This document shows positions 9,900 to 19,569 of a stretch of 64,000 nt of DNA, one piece after another. The notes under the pieces were generated by a model. The model saw only the letters and a program-made list of their open reading frames with translations, ran no database searches and had not been told where the DNA came from. The DNA comes from Nitrospirota bacterium (GTDB lineage: Bacteria > Nitrospirota > Nitrospiria > Nitrospirales > Nitrospiraceae): positions 96,001 through 160,000 of the forward strand of contig CAVPBK010000006.1 in NCBI GenBank assembly GCA_963701855.1. The letters are read 5' to 3'. Made by a program: the position numbers and the translations under genes. Numbering within the stretch: position 1 is the stretch's first letter; each line of letters opens with the position of its first letter.

Positions 9900-10535
9900 T
9901 TATGCTCTCGGTGGAACAAGTGGCCCCTCATCCATGATGGCTGAATGCAAACGCAAGAACCAGTCGTATTGTTCGGCATGGATCGGATGCAATTCCCGTA
10001 ACTGGAGAACACGCATGCCGGCCGACTGACCCCACACAACGTTACATGGGTGGACTAGTCGAGTATCATCAAAGTGCAGCAAAGCGCGATGCTGATTCGG
10101 AACGTCCCGAGGCCACCAACTGTCGTCAGTAACCACGCTCTCATCGAGCGCGACACACGGGAAGGTAGTCCGCTTTTCAGTCTGCACGGCCTTGACTAGT
10201 GCCTGACTGACCACTTGCAGGCGGCCTTCTCAAGATTTTTCGATATGGCGCTCGAAGCCGACGCCCCCTCGTACAAGGAGGTCATTGAACAATGTCTGCA
10301 TCACCCCCCCCTGAACGGCCTCAATCAAGCGTGTTAGTTGAGGCGACGCCATGACGAAAGCATCTGAAAAGACACGAAGGGAAACGTCCTGCCTCAGCAT
10401 CTTAATAATGGCAGTGCTCTCAATCATCTTGTCGTAAACTTTGACAATTCCATCAAAGTCCGCTTCGACGAGGCTAGAGAATCCTAGTACATCAATAAAC
10501 GCGACATACTGTTCGGCATTCTCCATGTGCGGCAT
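9900..10535 (-). pseudogene. Class III nucleotide-cyclase-like gene interrupted by an in-frame TGA
   Basis: YVAFIDVLGF, FSD, LVRGGV and SQALVKAV motifs; ORFs 10230-10535 and 9900-10214 share a frame, separated by TGA at 10230-10232. Confidence 0.65.
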
Positions 10536-10604
10536 TCAAACAAGGTTACAGATGATCCGTCCAAGCTCGCTCATTCTCTCCTCAGGAATGAGGACTGATT
10601 GATC

Positions 10605-10745
10605 TTCCACTGTGCGCGTTCAACGAGGGCCTTCTGTTTCTTCACTTTCTCCAGAGGGGGCAGGCAAACCGTCCTTCACTGCGCGCATCGAACGAGCACA
10701 TTCTTATCGTGCGCGTTCTGCGAGCAAGAAGGATGGGTGCCTGCT
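10605..10745. repeat. Dispersed intergenic repeat, family C
   Basis: TCACTGCGCGCATCGAACGAGCACATTCTTATCGTGCGCGTTCTGCGAGCAAGAAGGA recurs near 26703, 47287, 47483 and 3330. Confidence 0.8.
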
Positions 10746-10748
10746 CCC

Positions 10749-11768
10749 TCACCCTCCCATCGTCAGCACCACTCGGAACCGCGCCTTGCCGCTCAGCATG
10801 CGATCGTAGGCGGTCGCGGCTTGTTCGAGCGGGAAGGTCTCGACCATGGGACGAATGCCGGTCAGCGCACAGAAGTTCAGCGTGTCTTCCGAATCCCGTG
10901 CGGTCCCGGATGGCCAGCCCTGAATCGACCGTCTCGGACCAATGAGTTGAATGGGCGTGACAGTAATGGGGTCGGCTGATGCCCCCACTACCAGCAACTT
11001 GCCACCGACACCGAGTCCATCGATCAGCTCCGACATCGATTTGCTGTTCGGAGCGGTGGCCAGAATGACCGAGGCGCCGCCAAGCCTGGTCAATTCGTTT
11101 GCTGCGTTGGTCGTGTCTGTGTCGAGATAGCGAGCAGCGCCTAATTTCAGCGCCAACGCTTCCTTGTCTTGGCCCCGCCCGATCGCCACGGTGCGAAAGC
11201 CCATCTTACTGGCAAACTGAACGCCGAGATGCCCCAGTCCGCCCAGTCCCTGCACCGCCACCAGGTCGCCAGCTTGCGCACCGCTGTGGCGCAAGCTGTT
11301 GAAGGTCGTGACGCCAGCGCACAGAATCGGCGCCGCCTCGACCGGCGAGAGAGCGTCTGGAATTGCGGCAACAGCTTCGCTCCGGGCAATCATGTATTGG
11401 GCATACCCGCCATCTTCCTGGAATCCCGTGACCTGAAAATTCTGACAGCCCATGAAATCCCCACGGCGACAGGAGACGCATTGTCCGCAATGTCCGCCGT
11501 GCCACCCCACGCCGACCCGTTGGCTCTTCTTCCAAATCGTCACACCAGGTCCAACGGCATCGATCACACCGGCGACCTCGTGCCCCGTCACTCGTGGATA
11601 TTGCAGGCCAGGCCAGTGCCCTTCCTTCACAAAAACGTCACTATGACAGACGCCGCAAGCCTGTATCTTGATGCGGACGGTATGAAGCCCCGGCTCCGGC
11701 ACCTGCCGATTCACGGTTTCGAACGCGCCGCCCGGACCGCTAACTTGCACCGCAGTCATCTGTGACAT
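10749..11768 (-). CDS. Zinc-dependent alcohol dehydrogenase (MDR family)
   Basis: GVCHSD, GHE, CxxCxxC structural Zn site, GLGGLG; GAGGAGG RBS before ATG 11768. Confidence 0.93.
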   Translation of the reverse strand: MSQMTAVQVSGPGGAFETVNRQVPEPGLHTVRIKIQACGVCHSDVFVKEGHWPGLQYPRVTGHEVAGVIDAVGPGVTIWKKSQRVGVGWHGGHCGQCVSCRRGDFMGCQNFQVTGFQEDGGYAQYMIARSEAVAAIPDALSPVEAAPILCAGVTTFNSLRHSGAQAGDLVAVQGLGGLGHLGVQFASKMGFRTVAIGRGQDKEALALKLGAARYLDTDTTNAANELTRLGGASVILATAPNSKSMSELIDGLGVGGKLLVVGASADPITVTPIQLIGPRRSIQGWPSGTARDSEDTLNFCALTGIRPMVETFPLEQAATAYDRMLSGKARFRVVLTMGG

Positions 11769-12185
11769 GACTGGCCTCCTCGGGTTGGATTGCACATGAA
11801 TAATAAACACGACGCGCGAGTCATGGAGCGCGGGTGACAATTCTTGCGCGTCGCGCTCATCTCACAATTCTCGCGTATCTCAACGTTCTGCGCAGGGTGT
11901 GCTCTGGTTATCCGACGAGACTAGCGCCGTCGTGAGCGTGGGATCGATCGGGAAATCAATCCTCACTCCGCTGCCTCCTTCTTTCCATCCAAAATGTCGA
12001 GTCACGCAACGACCCCTTTGACCTTCGCAATCGACTTCCTAAACTGAACGATTTGCGAACCGTATGATTCGAGCTTTCACACCAAAAGACTCCTAGTTCA
12101 CAATCAACTGTTTTTGAACACTACCCTAGAGGAAAAAAGAAGGCTCCGGCTTCTTCGATCGTGGATGTTCGAGGCCACCCACGAA

Positions 12186-13352
12186 TTACTGCCTTACACT
12201 TATCTCCAGTCTCTCCCCATCTCGCTCAACGGTCACAAGAAGGGGAAGTGATATCGGATCCGTCCAATTTCCTAATGGCTGACCATTCAACGCTAGAATC
12301 TGATCACCTGGTTTGAGTCCTGCCCGAAAGGCCGGGCCCCCTTGGAGAAGACCGAGCAGCCGCATCCCCTTTCCGGGCCAGCTATAGTCAGCGACCACCC
12401 CCAGAGGATTGTCGCCAAACGCCGCCGCCAGGGCTGCTAACCCATAGGCTGTGGCTTCTTCGACCACAAGACGACGGACAACGGGGTATGACTCATAGAA
12501 CCGACCTGTGGTTACCTCTGCCACAGAGGGACTGTTTGTCGACGATGCGATCTGGCGAAAGACCGTGATACCGCTCTCCACCTTAAGAAGCCGAAGTTCG
12601 AAGGACGCGGACATTGGCTCGCCAGAGCCCGATATGGCCAGACGATAGGTCAGCAGACTGTCCGCACCGACGAGTTTACCCACGCGAATCGTCGTATCTT
12701 CATCAACTCGCCCGGTATATTGAATGCCAACTTCATCGAGAACCGTTCGCAAATCCTCCCGTTCCACAAGCACCAAATCCCGATGTTGTGTGCGCAAAAA
12801 ATTTAGCGTCAGATCAAGCCATGAGATGACTCGGTTATCTGTTGTTCCAGCGACCGGCAAAACCGCCAGTCGCTGTGGCAGCGGAGAGATGGTGGGAGGC
12901 ATGAACACAGGAATCACGGAAACCTGCAACCCTCCCCTCACGAGAGCTTTTATCGACCGAGATCCCTCCGGTCTCGTAGCCTTCCCACAAACTTTCCAGG
13001 CCAAAGAACGAACGACATCAGGCGTACCCCACATGCAAAGCTGATTATCCTGTAGCACCACGTAATAGGGGTTGGCAGGCTCTGCCGGGAAATAGCAGTT
13101 GGGAAAGAATGGACAGTGCAACAGGTACCCCATCCACTCGCCTTTCGGATAGAGCTGGTACTCCCATATGGCTTGCTGTCCATCATCCTGGACCACACGG
13201 TCAGGTTTCCCCAAATTCTTCAATACTTGCTCTTTCGGCGTAGATACGGCCAAACGGTCGTCAAGTTTTCCTGCATCGTACATGTAGGGGAGAAACACCC
13301 CGCAGCCGGACAGGGGAAGCAACAACATGAGACAGAACAGTGCTCGCTGCAT
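12186..13352 (-). CDS. Lipoprotein with SmpA/BamE-like, CsgG-like and PDZ regions
   Basis: LSGC lipobox; KEQVLKNLGKPD; LVEREDLRTVLDE...VGKLVGADSLL; GPAFRAGLKPGDQILALNG. Confidence 0.7.
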   Translation of the reverse strand: MQRALFCLMLLLPLSGCGVFLPYMYDAGKLDDRLAVSTPKEQVLKNLGKPDRVVQDDGQQAIWEYQLYPKGEWMGYLLHCPFFPNCYFPAEPANPYYVVLQDNQLCMWGTPDVVRSLAWKVCGKATRPEGSRSIKALVRGGLQVSVIPVFMPPTISPLPQRLAVLPVAGTTDNRVISWLDLTLNFLRTQHRDLVLVEREDLRTVLDEVGIQYTGRVDEDTTIRVGKLVGADSLLTYRLAISGSGEPMSASFELRLLKVESGITVFRQIASSTNSPSVAEVTTGRFYESYPVVRRLVVEEATAYGLAALAAAFGDNPLGVVADYSWPGKGMRLLGLLQGGPAFRAGLKPGDQILALNGQPLGNWTDPISLPLLVTVERDGERLEISVRQ

Positions 13353-13581
13353 GGCGCTTTTCCCACTGCCGTATGGAATGCGGAAGGTTTTCTCAAAGGG
13401 GGCTGTCTTCAAGTTAGCCATAAGGAACTTGTTATTGGAAGCCGTGAACGCCAGCCAGATGTGGCCGGTACCCTTGATCAATCCCGGGTTGAGTGTCTTG
13501 CTCTTCGTGCTCAGAAGAGCGGAATCGCCCCATACATCCATCTAAACCCTTGCTACCTCCTGGCCCTTAGGGAATCGGCTC

Positions 13582-14436
13582 TCACCGTCCTTCGCTGGGT
13601 GGCTCCCCAGGATTGATGAGGATGGGGGCCTTCAGTTGGTCCGGCAAGAGAATCAGTTTGGAATTGGGGCTGTCATACAATTTGTACCGAAGATAGGCTG
13701 GTGTGAGTGTATGTGAGATGGTCTCCTGCGCCTTGGCTTGTCCGACGGCCCGGATACGGTTCCCTTCTGCCTCACCTTCGGCCCGAATTCGAATCGAATC
13801 GCCCTCGCCTTTCGCCCGTGTGCGGGCAATCTCGGCATCCTTGGACGCGATAGTCAGTTCGAATTCTTTTTGTTCCTTCTCCTGCTCCTTCGCCTGTTTC
13901 TGCTCAATCGCGCGCAAGACAATTGGCGGAAAATCGACATCGGCCAAGGCGATACTATGGATTTCCAAGTGACGTCCTTTGAGCTTTTCGACCACCACCG
14001 CCTGAATCTTGCTCGCAATCTCCGCGCTCTTCTCCGGCACCGTCACCATGGTATAGCCGGAGACCACGCTCCGCACCGTGGCCATAAACTGGGGTTTGAC
14101 AATCCGCGGATAGAAGTCCGGACCCATTTCTTGGGCCAAAAAATACAGCTCCTCCGGAATGGGCCGGAGGATGATGGCCGCCTTGATGAGCACCTGCAGA
14201 TCATCCGCGCTCAAGGCATCAATGTCCTCGGTAAAGCTCTGCCACCGAATATCGTAGAGGTACACGCTATTCCAGGGCGCCTGGAAGTAATACCCGTCCT
14301 TCAGTGTTTCAGTGGAAAGCCCTTGGGAGAACGGACGCCAAGACAACCCGCGTTGGCCTGGTTGGACGGTGGTGCCGCAGGCCGTGGTCAGCAGCAGTCC
14401 GACGAGCACAAGACTCGTCATAGTTGGGCGTGTCAT
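13582..14436 (-). CDS. SPFH/prohibitin (band 7) family protein
   Basis: VQPGQRG, APWNSV, VRSVVSGYT, AE-rich coiled-coil tail AEGEAEG; GGGAGGA RBS. Confidence 0.88.
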   Translation of the reverse strand: MTRPTMTSLVLVGLLLTTACGTTVQPGQRGLSWRPFSQGLSTETLKDGYYFQAPWNSVYLYDIRWQSFTEDIDALSADDLQVLIKAAIILRPIPEELYFLAQEMGPDFYPRIVKPQFMATVRSVVSGYTMVTVPEKSAEIASKIQAVVVEKLKGRHLEIHSIALADVDFPPIVLRAIEQKQAKEQEKEQKEFELTIASKDAEIARTRAKGEGDSIRIRAEGEAEGNRIRAVGQAKAQETISHTLTPAYLRYKLYDSPNSKLILLPDQLKAPILINPGEPPSEGR

Positions 14437-14473
14437 AGATTCCTCCCGGTACAGCCACGCCATGCGTGGCAGG

Positions 14474-14830
14474 TTAGTAACCTCGTGATCGTGTCGACTG
14501 ATTGGACGAATGCCCCCCACCCAGTTCCAGGTGCAGATCGGCGAGCCGGTCCTGTTCACGTGCAGCGTCTTCGTAGAACTGAACTAAGAGCCGTGTGCCT
14601 GTCACCCATTCAGACTCCGGTCCGAAAAGCCGCTCATAGGCCACAATCGAACCGGTCAATGCCTCGGCCTGTTGGCGTGACTCCGCCGCCTGGCGGCTGT
14701 AATAAGCCGCGATTGCCCAGTGGTCTTGGCCGGGATCGCGCGAGGCGGGATCCAGCAGAGTAGTGGATCTTCCGCTGCAACCAGATTGGAGGAAGATGGC
14801 GAGAAACACAATGAGGATGGCTGTATGCAT
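14474..14830 (-). CDS. Small lipoprotein, unknown function
   Basis: Hydrophobic N-terminus ending SGC, helical mature region, GGAGGAG RBS; co-oriented with the SPFH gene. Confidence 0.65.
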   Translation of the reverse strand: MHTAILIVFLAIFLQSGCSGRSTTLLDPASRDPGQDHWAIAAYYSRQAAESRQQAEALTGSIVAYERLFGPESEWVTGTRLLVQFYEDAAREQDRLADLHLELGGGHSSNQSTRSRGY

Positions 14831-15334
14831 CGTGGGATCTCCTCCGTCATCCCCAAAGGACGGTCACTGGGCGAGAGGCACACGTGGTTGAAGGAACCTG
14901 ACCGCCACGGAAACGCTGACCGAACGGCACTGTGATTATCGCATTCGCATCCGCTTCAGCACAATATGGGAAACTCTGAAAGAGGATCGGTTCTGCACCC
15001 GCCCCAGCGCCGAGAAACGCTTCTGGAGCCATTTCTTTTCCCAATGTGCGGAGGGTGAACAATCGTGGCCAGACAGTGCCACGTTCACGATTCAGCCTCA
15101 GACTGGAATGGGAACCCGGAGACGAGACAGAAGCCCTTGCTCCAGCGCCTCTGCTGCATTCCTGGATATTCAGACGAAAGGCATACGGACCAGAGGCTAG
15201 GGGGCAATTAGAAAGAGTGCCTCTCCTCTCGCCTCGTGCCCCTCGCCCTTCACCAGATCTCTATGCAATTTCACAACGAACCGTCATGATTACTACGAGA
15301 TCCGTATTGACTTACTGAGCCCGCTCAGAACACT

Positions 15335-16321
15335 TCAATGGACGTCTTGACCAGTCCTGAAAAAATCAATGATCGCCTTATTGTTTCCCGGCCATTCAGG
15401 ATGCGTTCCCGTTCCTTCGCAGTAGCGTGTTGCGACATTGTTCTTACACCCCCTGTACGTTACACAGCCCTCAGCGTCTTTTACAAGACTTGTAGCATCG
15501 CAACCATTACAGGCAGCCCACCATTGTATTGCTTCGTTACCATATCCTGGGAACAGGGTGTCATGACTACTGTGCATAACCAAAACGGGAAGCGGGTTGG
15601 GACATTGATAGGCTTTCAAGTCCTCAGCCCTGATACCCGCCGCACTCGGAGCAATCGCCGCTGGAATATGTTTGGTGCCATTGATAAAGGCTATGGCCAT
15701 AGCCGTAGTCCCGCCATCAGAATGACCGGTGAGAAAAATCCGTTTGTTGTCGATACACCATTTCTTTTCGATCAGTCCAGGTATTTCAGCAAGCTCCTCG
15801 ATCGTTTTGGGAGTCATTGTGTGGTGATCGGCATAGGCCACAATAAAACCTGCCGCCGTCGCCTCTTGCGTAAGATGCACAAAGTCTTCTGACTCATATC
15901 GATTTGTCCGCGCCGGCGCATAGACCATAAGTAACGGATGGGCAATGTTTGAATTGTAATTGACCGGCGTTTTAACCATATAGCGAATACCGGCTGATGT
16001 CTTTTCATCATTGCTGGCACCTGCATGACCGGGTTTTGTTCCTGGGTCGCAGTACTCTGTATCATTGTTGACTGTATACAAAGCCTCCCCGAGCATTTTG
16101 CCACGATTAACGGCTTCAGTATCATTCCTTCCAGCATATCGAATCGCACCCGCGCCGATAACACCCATCAGCAATACGCCTATTGCTACGGCAACAATAG
16201 TTGTTCGGTTGAGCTCTTTCTTCCCAAAGCGCACCCACTCCGGCTTCACGATACCGATAACTAACAGGGCGACCGAAAGGACAATCGTCACACTGAAGAT
16301 CATTGGAAACATTGCGTTCAT
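15335..16321 (-). CDS. Membrane-anchored PHB-depolymerase/esterase-like alpha/beta hydrolase
   Basis: CIDNKRIFLTGHSDGG nucleophile elbow, H..D and H.WPG triad-like motifs, two N-terminal TM segments. Confidence 0.8.
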   Translation of the reverse strand: MNAMFPMIFSVTIVLSVALLVIGIVKPEWVRFGKKELNRTTIVAVAIGVLLMGVIGAGAIRYAGRNDTEAVNRGKMLGEALYTVNNDTEYCDPGTKPGHAGASNDEKTSAGIRYMVKTPVNYNSNIAHPLLMVYAPARTNRYESEDFVHLTQEATAAGFIVAYADHHTMTPKTIEELAEIPGLIEKKWCIDNKRIFLTGHSDGGTTAMAIAFINGTKHIPAAIAPSAAGIRAEDLKAYQCPNPLPVLVMHSSHDTLFPGYGNEAIQWWAACNGCDATSLVKDAEGCVTYRGCKNNVATRYCEGTGTHPEWPGNNKAIIDFFRTGQDVH

Positions 16322-16399
16322 CAGTTGTACTCGCTTCTTTACGTATGAGCGGCTTCGGGGTCAGCAACTGTCCTACCGGTCAAGCCTGCCAACCCACAT

Positions 16400-16555
16400 C
16401 ATCCACGAAGGTTTACTACAACCGCCGATACGACGCTGCGACAAGTCTGACGGCAGGCTGCGCTCACCGCAGTCAGACGTCAGAGCCAGTCCCCTGGCCT
16501 CCGCGCGCCTGTCGCGTGTGACGACTGCGCGATTTCTGGGCAAGCCGTCATGAAG
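16400..16555 (-). repeat. Degenerate copy of palindromic MITE family B
   Basis: 16497-16554 is reverse-complement similar to TTCATGACGGTTCG...GAAATCGCGCAGTCG...ACAGGCGCGCGGAG of the 61532-61748 element. Confidence 0.65.
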
Positions 16556-16659
16556 ATTTTGATTCGTGGCGGATGTGACCGCAGAGAACTCACAAGCCGC
16601 GGCTGATGTGTTCGATCACCTAACATGTGGCGTCGTGTCGGATTGTGTCATCAGCTGTA

Positions 16660-17022
16660 TCAACGTCTCTTCAACAAGGCCCGAAACTCTTCCGGTATGG
16701 GCATGGACCTAAACGGATGAACATACGCACCGCCGGTATTCCCCACCGGCACCCAAATGCGTGAAAATAGCAACGCACCGATAATCCTCGCCACTTGACC
16801 GCTCATCTCTATTGGGTCCTGGCGTCTCCAGCCGACCTTCAGCATCCACCAATGCGCGTTCGCATGCGCGAATGCGAACGATTGGCTCAGGATATGCGCG
16901 CGTTCTAGGTGATAAAACGCCCTGTCCAGGTTATTGCCAGAGTAGTGCTCGGCTGCAGCATGCATCTCCTTCTCGTAGGCTTGTCTTCGTTCTGCGTGCA
17001 TTCTTCTACCCCTGGCAATCAA
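16660..17022 (-). CDS. DUF3703-like protein
   Basis: AFYHLERAHILSQ, H...H..ML, P.GNTGGA and MPIPEE motifs. Confidence 0.8.
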   Translation of the reverse strand: MIARGRRMHAERRQAYEKEMHAAAEHYSGNNLDRAFYHLERAHILSQSFAFAHANAHWWMLKVGWRRQDPIEMSGQVARIIGALLFSRIWVPVGNTGGAYVHPFRSMPIPEEFRALLKRR

Positions 17023-17129
17023 CCAGACATTGATGCCGAGAAAACTTCGGGCTCATTTACGAGCCGACTCTCGCGAATTACTCAGCCTTGGAAGCGTTCA
17101 AGGCACGGCTCAGAAACGTCTGTTTTGAA

Positions 17130-17585
17130 TCATTTTGTCGTGTCCGATGCCTGATGTTTTTCGGGTCGGATAAGATTTGGCTTTCCCTCTTCACCTATGA
17201 AGACGACCAATAATCTCAATGGTACTTCTCCTAAATTCTTTGCGCTATGCACGATGTTTACAACCTCCAGAAACCCGGTCCCGGCCTTAAATGTTTGTCG
17301 AGCGCCATCCTCAAATTCCACCGTCATTATTCCCTCAAGGACATGGACATAGGTTGGGGCCGAATGTATGTGGCGACCGTTTTCCTTTCCCGGTTGGATT
17401 TCGACCAGGACCGAAGCCATTTCTGCATTCTCAGTTTTGGGGTATTCAATCTTTTGGCCGCCGATCGTTGAAGAACTCTTCATCACAGCGGTGACTGTGA
17501 CATCTTGTGGCTCCGCCCACGCTGAGACGGTCGTTTGGACAAAGACCGTGATCAAGAAGATCGAGAAAATTGTTCTCATCGTCAT
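17130..17585 (-). CDS. Exported cupin-domain protein
   Basis: Signal peptide; HIH...VLEG...E....H cupin metal motif; GGAGG RBS. Confidence 0.85.
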   Translation of the reverse strand: MTMRTIFSIFLITVFVQTTVSAWAEPQDVTVTAVMKSSSTIGGQKIEYPKTENAEMASVLVEIQPGKENGRHIHSAPTYVHVLEGIMTVEFEDGARQTFKAGTGFLEVVNIVHSAKNLGEVPLRLLVVFIGEEGKPNLIRPEKHQASDTTK

Positions 17586-17639
17586 ACCTCCATTGCCATG
17601 TACTTTCGAACCGGGGAGAGGATATGTCCAACGCTCTTG

Positions 17640-17812
17640 AAAGCGGCAGTAAGACATCACTCAACGTCACTATCTCAATGAGCCGAGACTCCCCTTCAAC
17701 AACGGGAATGGTACCACAGTGACGGCACATCATTTTCATTACGGCCGACCGAACCGTATCTGTCTTCTTGGACGTCACGAGACCAGTTGACATGCTCGTG
17801 GACAATAGCCAC
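17640..17812 (-). pseudogene. CBS-domain protein remnant
   Basis: MSTGLVTSKKTDTVRSAVMKMMCRHCGTIPVVEGESRLIEIVTLSDVLLP is one CBS repeat; start region appears frameshifted after an AGGAGG RBS; no second repeat. Confidence 0.6.
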
Positions 17813-17891
17813 CTCCTGCTCACAATGCCACGACGACCGGGCCAGGTCACCGGCTTCCGACGAACGTTCGGCTCGTTCACGAGCAAAACAA

Positions 17892-17929
17892 CACGGGCGA
17901 CCCCGCACCATAGTAGGAGGTCGCCCGTG
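17892..17929 (-). terminator. Putative intrinsic terminator downstream of amoC
   Basis: CACGGGCGACC / GGTCGCCCGTG stem followed on the minus strand by TTGTTTTG. Confidence 0.5.
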
Positions 17930-18009
17930 GATGGCACTGAGGACACCAACAGCCTCTTTCTTCTAACCGGCCAGGTTTGTGGCCAGCTCACAGAAGCTGA
18001 CTGAAGGAT

Positions 18010-18810
18010 TTAGTACGGGATCACGTGCAAGCAGTCCTTGCTCTCGTTGTTCCAGACCACATCGCACAGGTTCGACATGCGCGCCACGATCTGCGCTGCC
18101 ACGCCGCCCGTGCCACCGAACAACCCGCACCAGCCCAGGGTCACAAACCCCCAGTGCAACGGCGCGGCAAAGAGTTCATCGACAAACCAGAACGCATGCC
18201 CCCACTCGTTGAGTCCCACGTTGGGCAGAATCATCATCGGCCCCACAACCGCCCCCACCAAGGGGAACGAGACCGCCTTGCTGAACTGCGGCAGTCGGGT
18301 CATGGCATAGAGATACCAGGATACGCCACAGGTTATGTACAACGGGAAGGTGAAGTAGAAGGCGATGATATGGCTCGCAGTAAAGCTCGTATCGCGGATG
18401 ATCACCTGGTGCCATGACGCATCCTGCTCAAGGGTGTAGCTCCCTGCCCAGTATACGCCAAACACATACACCGCGCCCCACATCATGAAGTAAAAATACC
18501 GCTTGAGTTCCGTCTTGGGATCCACGTTCGCCACGTTGCGATCCCGTGTGCTCCAAATCCACCCTATACAACTGGCCGAGAAGATGATGTTGGAAATCAC
18601 GTTAAACCGCCACAGGCCCATCCAGACGGTCTCGAACTCCGGCGTCATGGAGTCCAAACCGTGGGAATAGCCGAAGACGCGCTGAAACACGACCTCGGCA
18701 CCCACTGCCGTCAACATTGCGAACCAACCAATCTTAAGAGGCCTGGAGTCGTACCAGAGCGCCATATCATATCCGAGGTTGCTCTCACCGAATGTAGCTG
18801 TTTTTGCCAT
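18010..18810 (-). CDS. amoC: Ammonia monooxygenase subunit C, stand-alone copy (comammox Nitrospira-like)
   Basis: [64 protein letters not shown]; no amoA or amoB adjacent. Confidence 0.96.
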   Translation of the reverse strand: MAKTATFGESNLGYDMALWYDSRPLKIGWFAMLTAVGAEVVFQRVFGYSHGLDSMTPEFETVWMGLWRFNVISNIIFSASCIGWIWSTRDRNVANVDPKTELKRYFYFMMWGAVYVFGVYWAGSYTLEQDASWHQVIIRDTSFTASHIIAFYFTFPLYITCGVSWYLYAMTRLPQFSKAVSFPLVGAVVGPMMILPNVGLNEWGHAFWFVDELFAAPLHWGFVTLGWCGLFGGTGGVAAQIVARMSNLCDVVWNNESKDCLHVIPY

Positions 18811-18954
18811 GTTCTTAACCTCCCTTCATATACTTAAGGACCACCTTTGTGGGTTGGTCCTGGACGTCTCTTCGAAAGATCTTGCCCACTATTTCCACCT
18901 CCTCCTTTCTATGAGATCCACACGGGCAACCGTCAATCCATGGCGACGTAAATG

Positions 18955-18970
18955 AGCAATTCACATTCCA
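18955..18970 (-). promoter_or_regulatory. Putative sigma-54 (-24/-12) promoter for amoC
   Basis: Minus strand TGGAATGTGAATTGCT = GG-N10-GC with TTGC, about 145 bp upstream of the amoC start. Confidence 0.65.
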
Positions 18971-19077
18971 GCAGAGATCTCGCATGACTTCGCCATCGAT
19001 GATGCTGAAAATCATCGGAGTGAGCGATTTCGTTCGAGAATTTCTGCAGCAAACAAAATGACGTGCCGAAGACGAGC

Positions 19078-19112
19078 TGCTGAATTATCAGCACGGTGCC
19101 GAAAAATCAGCT
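19078..19112. promoter_or_regulatory. Tandem palindromic activator-binding sites upstream of the amoC promoter
   Basis: TGCTGA-ATTA-TCAGCA-CGG-TGCCGA-AAAA-TCAGCT; the same motif pair occurs at 21737-21770. Confidence 0.7.
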
Positions 19113-19569
19113 TTCACTCGGAACACTCACAGGGGCTATGTGAGAAGCCAGGCAATGAATGGCGAGAGGTATCGAGCTTCTGTATTTAGGCCGGAAAAGT
19201 TTTCCGTTTCATACCAGGACCGATTGACAGGGTGGATGAACGAACACAACGTGGCGTGACGGCCGTTCTTATTCTATGTGCCGGTGCATGACGTCCAAGA
19301 TAGAGGCTTACGACACCCGTTGATAGTCAGGCTAGTGATTTTTGACGAGCATCGGGCGTATTATTGATCTCCTGTGATATGATCGAGACGCTACTATCTC
19401 CGTCGGTTGAGTGAGGTGCGCATTCGGCGACTCTCTGTTGAAGACTTGCCAGGAGCTTATGCTTCGCGCAATGACGGGACGAGAGAGAGTTCGCCAACAG
19501 GGCGACGGCCAGCCCAGCATCCCCTTTTGCTGGTCGTGACGGAACCTGCGTCTATTCAGGAGAGGACAT

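Noticed and set aside
10230..10232. Selenocysteine or programmed readthrough at the in-frame TGA of the cyclase-like gene
   Set aside because: The position is not an obvious Cys/redox site, I could not recognise a SECIS hairpin, and the surrounding fragments indicate decay.
13738..14763. 341-aa plus-strand ORF
   Set aside because: Antisense shadow of the SPFH and lipoprotein genes, with no recognisable motifs.
19060..19102. Two GGCAC motifs on the minus strand as sigma-54 promoters for amoC
   Set aside because: Neither has GC at the required 10-nt spacing; they are better explained as TGCCGA operator half-sites.
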